Shown piece after piece: positions 55,423 to 63,882 of a stretch of 64,000 nucleotides of DNA. A program made the position numbers and the translations under genes. The notes beneath the pieces are model-generated. The model did no database searches, was not told the DNA's origin, and saw only the letters and a list, made by a program, of their open reading frames with translations. Numbering within the stretch: the stretch's first letter is position 1; each line of letters opens with the position of its first letter. The DNA is from a virus, in IMG/VR virus record IMGVR_UViG_3300004369_000004, positions 36,864 through 100,863 of that record; one strand, given 5' to 3'.

Positions 55423-55887
55423 ATGGAAAACCAAAACCAATTATCTTCTTCAGTACGGAATGTATGGGGAAGATTAGAGAAGAAGTTATTTGTTATTACC
55501 TTAACAGTTTCTCTCTGTATTAACTTGTTTGTCTTATTAGCTTTTGCTGAGACCGAATGTCCTGTGCGCAAACCCTCTCCTAGCGTATCTCAAAGTGAAT
55601 TAGTAAACACACTTGAAGATATGAATGAGTGGTTAGACCAGGACATTGAGAGTTCTTATGGTACAGAGCTAGAAGATAAGTTCTTTATCTATAAACAGAA
55701 TGTAGAGTTCTGTATTAGAATGGCTAATCGTTGCTTTATGCGAGAGGTTGTTATGGAGAAAGAATACAATCATATTGTGTACGATGATTACGCAAAGATT
55801 GTAACTGATGCAAATCAGAATGTTATTTGTGTATGGTACAAAGAAAGACCATACAAGTTAGATACTACTGTTCTTGACAATCTATGA
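55423..55887 (+). CDS. Membrane-anchored hypothetical protein, 154 aa
   Basis: LFVITLTVSLCINLFVLLAFA TM segment. Confidence 0.65.
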   Translation: MENQNQLSSSVRNVWGRLEKKLFVITLTVSLCINLFVLLAFAETECPVRKPSPSVSQSELVNTLEDMNEWLDQDIESSYGTELEDKFFIYKQNVEFCIRMANRCFMREVVMEKEYNHIVYDDYAKIVTDANQNVICVWYKERPYKLDTTVLDNL

Positions 55888-56225
55888 AACATTTCATTTT
55901 ATCCCTAATTATATTCTGTGCGTTGACTACTAAAGTTAGCGCACAGATTGTACCTGTTGGAGAATCTCTTGAATTAAACGCAGAAGATTCCACATTTGTT
56001 AAATACTTATCCGCTACTGTATTCTCTAGAGCTGATGTTCCTGTTAAATGGAGAGAGATTAGTGCATTCGTATTTAAATATGCCGAAGGGTACATGGTTA
56101 TTACATATTTATCACACGCAGGAGAATGTATAGCGTGTGTTAGAGACTACGAAATAGGAGATGTGTACGAAGTAAAAGATCACAAGCTTGCAACGATTCT
56201 CCGTTTCGACTATTTAGACGAATAA
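55884..56225 (+). CDS. Hypothetical protein with Sec signal peptide, 113 aa
   Basis: MKHFILSLIIFCALTTKVSAQ: Bacteroidota-style signal peptide ending A-Q. Confidence 0.65.
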   Translation: MKHFILSLIIFCALTTKVSAQIVPVGESLELNAEDSTFVKYLSATVFSRADVPVKWREISAFVFKYAEGYMVITYLSHAGECIACVRDYEIGDVYEVKDHKLATILRFDYLDE

Positions 56226-56266
56226 AAATCAAAAACTAAATTAAAAAACAAAAAACAAAAAAAATT

Positions 56267-56971
56267 ATGAACTATTCATTTTACACCCCCGAACAAACCG
56301 CATTGCTTAACGAGTTTAAAGCATCTGGTAAAACTTTTGTAAGCTGTGCTTACCGTAACAAGGGATCTAAAAGTCCTATCACTTTGATGTTTGAAGCTTA
56401 CTCTATGCCTAGTCCTGCTTCTGCTGATTCTGATCCTAATGCAGATTTTCAAAGACGTATGGTATCTAAGCTTAGTGGTATCAACTACTTCAAGCGCAAA
56501 ACCATATTGGGTAATGTTAGCGAAGATAAGTTTGACGAATTGTTTAACGAGTTTGGCTATACTTCTGATATGGTAGACTTTCCTGATCGTGATGAGAATG
56601 ACAACTTGTTGGCTTTGGGAATTATGGTTAATGGTAAGGAAGTCTTCGGTGAAGATTCTACTATTATCCAAATCAATACTCTTGAAGTTGAACTGGATGA
56701 CGAAGGTACTCCTAAGAACAACTGGAAAGAGAAGCAAGTAGACGGTGAGGTTTTGACTAAAGATGGTCAGCCTATCTATATGAAGTTTGTCTTTGCTCCT
56801 GTTGGTAGCGCAGATCAACGCATTCAACAAGATCAAGTATTCGGTACAGCAGCTAATAGCGATATCCAAGCTAAAGTTGCTAAGGTTGTCGAGAACAAAG
56901 TAAACTCTAAAAAAGAGGAGAAAGTTTTGGTAGAGTCCGAAAAAAGTGATAACTTAGAGTTCGATTTCTAA
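56267..56971 (+). CDS. Putative single-stranded DNA-binding protein, 234 aa
   Basis: High-expression codons; GEVLTKDGQPIY motif; acidic-aromatic tail DNLEFDF; followed by a terminator. Confidence 0.45.
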   Translation: MNYSFYTPEQTALLNEFKASGKTFVSCAYRNKGSKSPITLMFEAYSMPSPASADSDPNADFQRRMVSKLSGINYFKRKTILGNVSEDKFDELFNEFGYTSDMVDFPDRDENDNLLALGIMVNGKEVFGEDSTIIQINTLEVELDDEGTPKNNWKEKQVDGEVLTKDGQPIYMKFVFAPVGSADQRIQQDQVFGTAANSDIQAKVAKVVENKVNSKKEEKVLVESEKSDNLEFDF

Positions 56972-56994
56972 TCGATTCATTTTTCCATTGAGTA

Positions 56995-57030
56995 AACTAT
57001 GCCTGGTGTAACAGCCAGGCTAGTTTTTTT
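56995..57030 (+). terminator. Intrinsic terminator
   Basis: GCCTGG/CCAGGC stem followed by T7. Confidence 0.75.
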
Positions 57031-57031
57031 A

Positions 57032-57105
57032 GACTTCATAGCTCAATTGGATAGAGCAACTGCCTTCTAAGCAGTAGGTTACAGGTTCGATCCCTGTTGG
57101 AGTCA
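57032..57105 (+). tRNA. tRNA-Arg, anticodon UCU
   Basis: Acceptor GACTTCA/TGGAGTC; D arm GCTC/GAGC; anticodon arm ACTGC-CTTCTAA-GCAGT; T arm with GTTCGA; CCA not encoded. Confidence 0.93.
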
Positions 57106-57162
57106 CTAAAATTAAAAACAAAATCAAAAATTAAATCAAACAACAATTAAATCAAACCAATT

Positions 57163-57549
57163 ATGAAAAGAAGAAGAATTACAAAAAAGATTGTAACAGG
57201 TGTTACTAAGGTATCCTTGTCTCATCTTAAAGCTTTTAAGCCTTTGAAGCGTACCTTTATTCAGGCTAAAGCTCGTTATGAGTTGTCTCTACGTAAAGAG
57301 ATTACTCTTATGTTTAAAGACTTGTCGTATAATTCTATGCTTAACGAGAAGCGTGATTTGCGTCAGTCTGATCTCAATGTCCGTCAGGGTGTTGAGTCTA
57401 TTTACGAATACAAAGTTTCTAAACTTATGCCAACAAGCCGCACGTGGATGAAAGATCCTGTGTTAGGTATTGTTAAGACAGGTTGTAACTTTGTAGAACG
57501 TACTGTCTCCAAGATGGAAATTCTGCCTACTATACGTTGGGTAGATTAA
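57163..57549 (+). CDS. Basic hypothetical protein, 128 aa
   Basis: A-rich leader; biased codons; terminator downstream. Confidence 0.7.
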   Translation: MKRRRITKKIVTGVTKVSLSHLKAFKPLKRTFIQAKARYELSLRKEITLMFKDLSYNSMLNEKRDLRQSDLNVRQGVESIYEYKVSKLMPTSRTWMKDPVLGIVKTGCNFVERTVSKMEILPTIRWVD

Positions 57550-57599
57550 AGATATAGTTCACCTACAATGGACTGATCATAATGTTTGAAACTTGCTCA

Positions 57600-57630
57600 G
57601 GGGGATTTGTAGGGTCCCCCTTTGTTTATT
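57600..57630 (+). terminator. Intrinsic terminator
   Basis: GGGGGA/TCCCCC stem followed by TTTGTTT. Confidence 0.6.
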
Positions 57631-58038
57631 ATGGGAAATAAATATTCAATCATAAACGGATTTAAGGATAAAGACAGCCTTAAAGATATTCTTTCTAAAT
57701 ATCCAGAAGCAAAAGATAACGATGAACTTCTTATTGCTATTGTATGGAAATTAGAATTAGCGAACAATGGGTTCAACTCTAGTAATCTAGATATTAAAGA
57801 CTTCTTTGGTTTATTAGCATCTCAAGATATCAGCAAGCCTGAAACTATTACAAGGCTTAGAAGAAAAGTTCAAGAAGAATTTCCTGAATATCGTGGAGAA
57901 AAGTATGCTAAACGACATAACCACACAGAAGAAGTTAAATCGGATTTAGGCTATGGACCTAATAACCAAGATACTTTTACACCCAAACAAACGTCTAATA
58001 AGAATACAGGCAACAAGTCTTCGAAAATAATTTTGTAG
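57631..58038 (+). CDS. Hypothetical protein, 135 aa (ETITRLRRKVQE motif, possible DNA binder)
   Basis: Common phage family pattern L..YPE..D.D..L...W...ETI.R.RR..QE; start set to ATG 57631. Confidence 0.65.
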   Translation: MGNKYSIINGFKDKDSLKDILSKYPEAKDNDELLIAIVWKLELANNGFNSSNLDIKDFFGLLASQDISKPETITRLRRKVQEEFPEYRGEKYAKRHNHTEEVKSDLGYGPNNQDTFTPKQTSNKNTGNKSSKIIL

Positions 58039-58092
58039 TTGCCTTATGTTTAACCGTTAACCTAGTCTGGTTAACATAATCAAAAGTAAATT

Positions 58093-58608
58093 ATGAAAAA
58101 TTATTTTAAAATCAACGAAGATCTCTCTATCGTTGCTAAAAAGGACTACACTAAGTGGTTCAAATGTTCTATTATAGTCAATCTTGTATTGGTTGTAATC
58201 TTAAGCTTAGCTATGACAAGCGATCCAGTCATTGAAACAATCTACGAAACTAAGATTGTTAAAGACACTGTGATGGTTCCATTAGATATTAAGCCTAGCG
58301 ACTCTTCTCTTACAGTAGAGTTGTTTAAAAACGGTTGTATCTTACCAGCTGTTGCAGTTGCACAAGCTAGGTTAGAAACAGGAAACTACCGCTCGTTAGT
58401 TTGTAGGGACAATAAGAACCTATTTGGTATTAAAGTACATAAGTGTAAATATGTGCAAGGTGAAAGACATAACCATGCATATTATAAAACTTATAAGGAT
58501 AACATTAAATGTTACATACATGTGCAGAACATGTACCTCAAAAAGATTGATGGTAGATATGCAGCTGCAGGTCAGTATGTAGACGTTTTAAAAGGAATGA
58601 AGAAATGA
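58093..58608 (+). CDS. Membrane-anchored glucosaminidase (GH73/FlgJ-like) peptidoglycan hydrolase, 171 aa
   Basis: AVAQARLETG..NKNLFGIK..YA..Y motifs; TM segment IIVNLVLVVILSLAM. Confidence 0.8.
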   Translation: MKNYFKINEDLSIVAKKDYTKWFKCSIIVNLVLVVILSLAMTSDPVIETIYETKIVKDTVMVPLDIKPSDSSLTVELFKNGCILPAVAVAQARLETGNYRSLVCRDNKNLFGIKVHKCKYVQGERHNHAYYKTYKDNIKCYIHVQNMYLKKIDGRYAAAGQYVDVLKGMKK

Positions 58609-59714
58609 GTGAAACTAATACACCAACTCAAAGAGATTTAATACAGTCAGAAGCATTAAGTAAAATTGTTAACAAGACAAGAGCAGGTCTCGATATATCT
58701 ATGGGAGTCGGTAAGACTTATATAGGTCTTCAATACTTGCAGAAGGTTACGGGGCTGTTCGAGAAGATTCTTGTAGCAGCTCCTAAGCGTTCTATATTTG
58801 AGTCTTGGAAGAACGATGCTATTAAGTTTGATATGGAACCTATCTTAGAAAAGATTACGTTTACTACTTATATCTCTCTTAATAAGCATAATCCTTCTGA
58901 TTATACTGTGCTGATACTTGATGAAGCGCACAATGCTAAAGACTCTCATAGATCTTTCTTAAGTAACTTTAAAGGCAGAATTCTTGGCTTAACAGGTACT
59001 CCTCCTAAATGGGGCAGTTCTGAACAAGGCATGATCATGCATGAATTTTACCCTATTGCTTACAGCTACACAGTAGATAATGCTGTGTCTAGTGGCATTC
59101 TAAACGATTACGCTATTTTTATACATCCTGTGAATCTATCTGATGCAAAAGATATGAAAACAAAGCAGGGTTGGTATACTAGCGAGTATCAGCAGTATAA
59201 CTATCTAACTAGAAGAGTAGATGAAGCTGTTGGTCAGTCTTCGTTTAAGATGAATGTCTTGCGGCTTAGTGCTATGAAGCAGTTTAAATCTAAAGAAACT
59301 TATGTTGAAAAGTGTTTAAAGCTGATCAAACCAGAAGATAAGTGTTTGATATTTTCCAACACAACAGAACAAGCAGATAGAATATGTGAGCATTCTTACC
59401 ACTCTAAAAACTCTAAAGAAGTTAATAACAATAACTTAGAAGCTTTTAAGAATGGTACTATCACACGCCTTTCTGCAGTAGAACAACTGAGCGAAGGTAT
59501 TACTATACCTAATCTAAAACACATTATTATTATGCATGCTTACGGCAATGAGAAAAAAGCATCGCAAAAAATAGGACGAGCGTTAAGACTTAACCCTGAT
59601 GAGAAATCAAGTATTCACATACTAGCTTATAAGAATACTGTAGATCAGAAATGGGTTAATCAGTCTTTAGAATCTTTTGACAAAACAAAAATTAAAACGG
59701 CAAACATAAAATGA
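58605..59714 (+). CDS. Superfamily 2 (DEAH) helicase, 369 aa
   Basis: GVGKT, LILDEAH, GLTGT, LSEGITIP and QKIGRALR motifs. Confidence 0.9.
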   Translation: MSETNTPTQRDLIQSEALSKIVNKTRAGLDISMGVGKTYIGLQYLQKVTGLFEKILVAAPKRSIFESWKNDAIKFDMEPILEKITFTTYISLNKHNPSDYTVLILDEAHNAKDSHRSFLSNFKGRILGLTGTPPKWGSSEQGMIMHEFYPIAYSYTVDNAVSSGILNDYAIFIHPVNLSDAKDMKTKQGWYTSEYQQYNYLTRRVDEAVGQSSFKMNVLRLSAMKQFKSKETYVEKCLKLIKPEDKCLIFSNTTEQADRICEHSYHSKNSKEVNNNNLEAFKNGTITRLSAVEQLSEGITIPNLKHIIIMHAYGNEKKASQKIGRALRLNPDEKSSIHILAYKNTVDQKWVNQSLESFDKTKIKTANIK

Positions 59715-60001
59715 ACACCAGGGGAGAAATTAGACTAAATGAAGAAATGTTGGATAACATGGGCTTCAAGAAAATGAAATTTAAAAGCAGTGAAGGCTCT
59801 GTTCTATATTGTTGGAAGCTTGATATTGCTGCAGATGTAGAAGATTTTTACCTTGTTACTAACTCTTCACAGGAATCTAACTTTCCTGTTGTTCATTTTA
59901 GCAATACTGATACTTACGAGTTTCAGTTTGCGGAACCTCTTATTGTATTATTAAATATATTACAATCTAATTGTCAAATAGAAGAATTTAAAATAAATTA
60001 A
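59711..60001 (+). CDS. Hypothetical protein, 96 aa
   Basis: 4-nt overlap with the helicase gene; LNEEMLDNMGF motif. Confidence 0.6.
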   Translation: MNTRGEIRLNEEMLDNMGFKKMKFKSSEGSVLYCWKLDIAADVEDFYLVTNSSQESNFPVVHFSNTDTYEFQFAEPLIVLLNILQSNCQIEEFKIN

Positions 60002-60028
60002 ATCATTAACTAACTGTAAATCAATCAA

Positions 60029-60232
60029 ATGAAAAATTCAAATCAAAAAACTTTTAACGAAGTTCTTGACGAATTAAATCGTCTTTTAGAAGAAGACTTT
60101 ATAAGATTCAGAGAAGAACTTAAGAAGCTGTCTGTCCGAGAAAAAATGGACACAGTTTTTGAAAATCCGCTTAATTCATCTACATTCGTAGATGATGAAG
60201 GTAACAGACAAGGAACTGATGAAAAAATTTAA
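60029..60232 (+). CDS. Hypothetical protein, 67 aa
   Basis: A-rich leader; operon packing. Confidence 0.55.
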   Translation: MKNSNQKTFNEVLDELNRLLEEDFIRFREELKKLSVREKMDTVFENPLNSSTFVDDEGNRQGTDEKI

Positions 60233-60377
60233 ATCGCTTCACTTGAAGATAACAAAAGAATTCATCGACTACTGTAATACTAATGATATAGACCTGATCA
60301 AATGGTACAGGTGGCAACTTCATTTAATCTGGGAACAGAGAAACATGAAGAAAAAGTATTACAAAGTCAAAAATTAA
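60192..60377 (+). CDS. Hypothetical protein, 61 aa
   Basis: Operon packing; overlaps the upstream gene. Confidence 0.5.
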   Translation: MMKVTDKELMKKFKSLHLKITKEFIDYCNTNDIDLIKWYRWQLHLIWEQRNMKKKYYKVKN

Positions 60378-60388
60378 ATCAAAACATT

Positions 60389-60955
60389 ATGGGTATGGAT
60401 ATTTACGGGCTTAATCCTATGTTAGTAGGTGAAAAGCCAGAGTTGGATTTTAGCAATGCAACTGATCAGGAAAAACAAGATTTCTTTAAAGCTATGAATA
60501 AGTGGGAGGATGAAAATCCTGGATTTTATTTTAGAGCAAACATCTGGTCTTGGAGACCAATTAGTATTTTAATCAATCACGTTAATAAGTTTTATAACTT
60601 AGGAATTGATACTAGTGAATTTGATTATAATAGCGGTCATGGTATTGAAGATCAAGAAACATGCGATAGACTTGCAGATACTCTTGAGTATGTTCTTGAA
60701 AACGATGAAGACATGCAAGATCATGATGATCGAATCTTTTTCTCTTTTGGCATGTGGGTCAACGATGAAGGTAGTTTATTAAGTAGTGATGAAAACGAGG
60801 AACTTAATGCTGAGTATGAAATCGGTAAGATTATGTACACTCCTGTAGTTACAGCTAGTGGTAAGGTTGTTAAACCTGCTTACAGTACTTCTAAGTCTCA
60901 TCTGGAAAAGTTTATTGCTTTTTTGCGTAATTGTGGCGGTTTTGAAATTTGGTAA
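60389..60955 (+). CDS. Acidic conserved phage protein, 188 aa
   Basis: MGMDIYG..YFRANIWSWRP..F..FL.NCGGFEIW family pattern; start moved to 60389. Confidence 0.75.
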   Translation: MGMDIYGLNPMLVGEKPELDFSNATDQEKQDFFKAMNKWEDENPGFYFRANIWSWRPISILINHVNKFYNLGIDTSEFDYNSGHGIEDQETCDRLADTLEYVLENDEDMQDHDDRIFFSFGMWVNDEGSLLSSDENEELNAEYEIGKIMYTPVVTASGKVVKPAYSTSKSHLEKFIAFLRNCGGFEIW

Positions 60956-61152
60956 TTATGGATATTCAACAGTTTAAAGACAAAACTAAAAAGCTTCTTA
61001 GCCAGTATCCTGCTTACGAAGAGGAAATCATTTCATTGCATCAACAAGCTTTAGATGCTATAGATGATGGAGCAGAAGAAGAGTTTACTGTTGTCATGCA
61101 TTATGCAGACATGTTATCAATCATTAAAGGTAGTGCATATTATGACTCTTGA
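60949..61152 (+). CDS. Hypothetical protein, about 65 aa
   Basis: Operon packing. Confidence 0.55.
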   Translation: MVIMDIQQFKDKTKKLLSQYPAYEEEIISLHQQALDAIDDGAEEEFTVVMHYADMLSIIKGSAYYDS

Positions 61153-61363
61153 TCAAATGGACCAACTAGTTAGAATGGGTTTTAACAAAGAACATGGAGA
61201 AAACTTCGTTTATTATGTATACAAACACAAGGGTTTTGTATTTCATACTTCTACAATCGATGAACCTTTAAAAGTTTTCTTTGGAGATGAAGGTCGATAC
61301 TGGACAGATCTAGAGAATGTTAAAAACACAATCTATTTTTTACATAACACCGAGATAGACTAA
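61142..61363 (+). CDS. Hypothetical protein, 73 aa
   Basis: Start moved to ATG 61142 (11-nt overlap with the upstream gene). Confidence 0.55.
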   Translation: MTLDQMDQLVRMGFNKEHGENFVYYVYKHKGFVFHTSTIDEPLKVFFGDEGRYWTDLENVKNTIYFLHNTEID

Positions 61364-61390
61364 TCTTTCTCGGTGTTCTGTTTTGTTAAT

Positions 61391-61418
61391 GGGGCTCAAG
61401 AGGGCCCTTTTACTTTTT
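61391..61418 (+). terminator. Intrinsic terminator
   Basis: GGGCTC/GGGCCC stem followed by T-runs. Confidence 0.55.
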
Positions 61419-61422
61419 AATT

Positions 61423-61839
61423 ATGAAAATCAATTTAGATGTAAACAAAGATGTTCCTAAGATATACGCTATGAGTGTAGATGGAAAAGTGTTTGACGAT
61501 GGCCAAGAAAGCGGCCAACTACACTATTACTATTTAGACGGAGAAGCAGAGTATCAAAATATGTATGACATATGTTATGGGAATATCCCAGCTCACAGTA
61601 TGGCTCAATATCAAATAGTTTTTGAAGCTATTTATATAGCCACAGACGGAGAAAAGAAGGGTTGTTATGTATCGTCTTATTACGATGAAGCCTCTTCACG
61701 TATGAAAGGATACGTATGGCTTAAAGAAGACAAAGACTGTCAACCTTTTATTTCACGAGCTATTGATGCTTACGGTGTTATGAATACTTGGTATAATATT
61801 ACTATAGACGGTAAAGTAATGCTTAATCTTAACAACTAA
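61423..61839 (+). CDS. Hypothetical protein, 138 aa
   Basis: Clean ORF after a terminator. Confidence 0.65.
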   Translation: MKINLDVNKDVPKIYAMSVDGKVFDDGQESGQLHYYYLDGEAEYQNMYDICYGNIPAHSMAQYQIVFEAIYIATDGEKKGCYVSSYYDEASSRMKGYVWLKEDKDCQPFISRAIDAYGVMNTWYNITIDGKVMLNLNN

Positions 61840-61849
61840 CAACAACATC

Positions 61850-62089
61850 ATGACCGAAAATTATTGCGGCCGTAGTATGTGCAACAATGGATGCATATCT
61901 GAAATCAATCATGGTATACCTTGTGCACATTCGCCTATAAAATCCACTAGAATAGTGCAAGCCAAAGTAAATGGAATTGATTTATGGCGTGTTTATGTAA
62001 ATATGGAACACACTGTAACTTTTCCAACTAAAGAAGAAGCTATACGCTATTCTTCAGATCTCACTAATAACAATAACGAAAAACTTTAA
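61850..62089 (+). CDS. Hypothetical protein, 79 aa, Cys-rich N-terminus
   Basis: Operon packing; FPTKEEA motif. Confidence 0.55.
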   Translation: MTENYCGRSMCNNGCISEINHGIPCAHSPIKSTRIVQAKVNGIDLWRVYVNMEHTVTFPTKEEAIRYSSDLTNNNNEKL

Positions 62090-62091
62090 TT

Positions 62092-62196
62092 ATGTCAGGT
62101 TCAACAATTGTAGCTATAGTTTACACAGTTGTAACTTCATTAGTTGTTTCTTATTTGTGGGTACAAATACTAACTAAGCCTAAAGATAAAGACTAA
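62092..62196 (+). CDS. Small membrane peptide, 34 aa (MSGSTIVAIVYTVVTSLVVSYLWVQILTKPKDKD)
   Basis: Translated by hand; stop overlaps the thioesterase start (TAATG). Confidence 0.6.
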   Translation: MSGSTIVAIVYTVVTSLVVSYLWVQILTKPKDKD

Positions 62197-62612
62197 TGGA
62201 ATTACTAGCCACACACCCAGTTAAAAAAGGTGATCTAGGATTTCATGCTAATCTATTTGGCGGAAAGTTACTTGCTTGGTTAGATGCAGCAGTAGCCGCT
62301 TATGCTATGGAAACTATGCGCAACAGACGCATGGTTACTATTTCTATTGACAAGTGCGAATTTAAAAAACCAGCTAAAGAAGGCAGTCTGGTTAAGATTT
62401 ATGCCGAAGTAAGTCATATAGGAAACACAAGCGCTGTATTCAATGTAGAAGCTAGATCTTTTAATGTGTACACTCATAAACACGAAGTTATCCTTTCTAC
62501 AAACTTTACTTTCGTTAGAATAGATGAAGATGGTAATCCTATTCCTATTTCAAAAAATGTAAAAGATAACTTCTATGATCAAAACACAAAAGACGAAAAC
62601 CTTAGTGACTAA
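62196..62612 (+). CDS. Acyl-CoA thioesterase (hotdog fold, YciA-like), 138 aa
   Basis: DLGFHANLFGGKLLAWLD, MVTISID..FKKP, IGNTS and FTFVRIDEDGNP motifs. Confidence 0.88.
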   Translation: MELLATHPVKKGDLGFHANLFGGKLLAWLDAAVAAYAMETMRNRRMVTISIDKCEFKKPAKEGSLVKIYAEVSHIGNTSAVFNVEARSFNVYTHKHEVILSTNFTFVRIDEDGNPIPISKNVKDNFYDQNTKDENLSD

Positions 62613-63408
62613 AACAAATAACAATAGCTCTGACTGCATTGCGCCTAATATCATTTATGGATGTTTTGGTGGATGCGTCAATACCTATTGTTATATGTCA
62701 AGATATAACGGAGATAGAGTCTTTGTCAACGAAAATGTTGATGAGATTTTTGACTCGGTTGTGGAATGGGAAAAAGCATATGTCAAAGTACCGAACCAAC
62801 AAGATCCTGTATATACAATGGTAGACATTGCCTGTAACACAGATCTGGTTCTTATGCAGAGACATATGCCAATTCCTTTACATGATTATCTTAAGATGTA
62901 TGATGATCATGCGCAGCTTAACTCTACTATGGCTACTAAGTATCCAGGCTTACTTAAATTAGATGTAAACCATTTCAATAAAAAGCCAAGAGTTAGGGTT
63001 AGCTTAATGCCTCAGGATTACTCTAATGTACTAGAGCCCAAAATGCAGAGTATTACAAGTCGTATACAAGATATTAATCGACTTAAAGATCTAGGTTGGG
63101 AAGTACATTGTAATTACAGTCCTTTAATCTTTTTACCAAGTTGGAAAGAACAATACAATAACTTGTTTAAAGAAGTAAAAGAAATTGCAGGAGAGAATAA
63201 GTGTGAAGTAATTGCATTGACTAATCATGCAAGGCAAATGGCTAGATCTTCTGTTGAAGCTCAAGAGATGATGAAATATAGTTCAGAGATCAAGAATAAA
63301 GATGGTGTAATGAGATATCCTTTGAGCCATAAAACAAAACTTATAGCCCAGTTTAAGGAAATTTATGGGCTATACTTTAACTTGCAGACTATTAGATACA
63401 TATTTTAA
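62575..63408 (+). CDS. Spore photoproduct lyase family radical SAM protein, 277 aa
   Basis: SDCIAP..GCFGGCVNTYCY, DIACNTD, RVRVSLMP, GWEVHCNYSP and EVIALT motifs of the SplB-like family. Confidence 0.8.
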   Translation: MIKTQKTKTLVTKTNNNSSDCIAPNIIYGCFGGCVNTYCYMSRYNGDRVFVNENVDEIFDSVVEWEKAYVKVPNQQDPVYTMVDIACNTDLVLMQRHMPIPLHDYLKMYDDHAQLNSTMATKYPGLLKLDVNHFNKKPRVRVSLMPQDYSNVLEPKMQSITSRIQDINRLKDLGWEVHCNYSPLIFLPSWKEQYNNLFKEVKEIAGENKCEVIALTNHARQMARSSVEAQEMMKYSSEIKNKDGVMRYPLSHKTKLIAQFKEIYGLYFNLQTIRYIF

Positions 63409-63672
63409 CGGTCAACAACTAACAAAATATCGTTCATAATGTGCAATTAAAGGCACAAAAGCGGGGGCAAAATGAGCTATAAAACAACATTACACTACCC
63501 AAAGTGCCACATAATGCACAATTGTTGGGACAAATAACTATATGCAACTACACATAATAGAAAACACAAAACCAAAAATATATCCATAAACATATACCCG
63601 AACGGTAATAAACGGGCGCAGATGGTTAAAAATAGGCGCAAATTGAACCGAGCGGGAAAATATTAAAACAAA

Positions 63673-63882
63673 ATGAAAACACCAGTACAAGAATTATTTG
63701 AAAAACTATGGGACACCCCAAAAGATAAGTTTACTTGGTATGCTATCCTAAAAGAAATGATTGAGAAAGAGAAAGAGGTGATTACGGACGCCTTTCTGGA
63801 TGGCAAGTTGGATGGTTGGCACAATCAATGGGCTGACGCAAATGACTACTACAACGAAACCTTTAACACCAAAGAGAAATGA
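63673..63882 (+). CDS. Hypothetical protein, 69 aa (EKE.I.DA....YYNETF family)
   Basis: Motif common in aquatic Bacteroidota phages. Confidence 0.65.
   Translation: MKTPVQELFEKLWDTPKDKFTWYAILKEMIEKEKEVITDAFLDGKLDGWHNQWADANDYYNETFNTKEK

Noticed and set aside
57548-57600. AAGATATAGTTC (group I intron S-like) and CTGATCA...GAAAC (hammerhead-like) strings
   Set aside because: The other core elements and required stems are missing; no interrupted gene; the segment is only about 50 nt
63624-63640. 16/17 match to the reverse complement of 36362-36378
   Set aside because: Matches of this length are expected by chance in 64 kb of AT-rich DNA, and one copy is inside coding sequence
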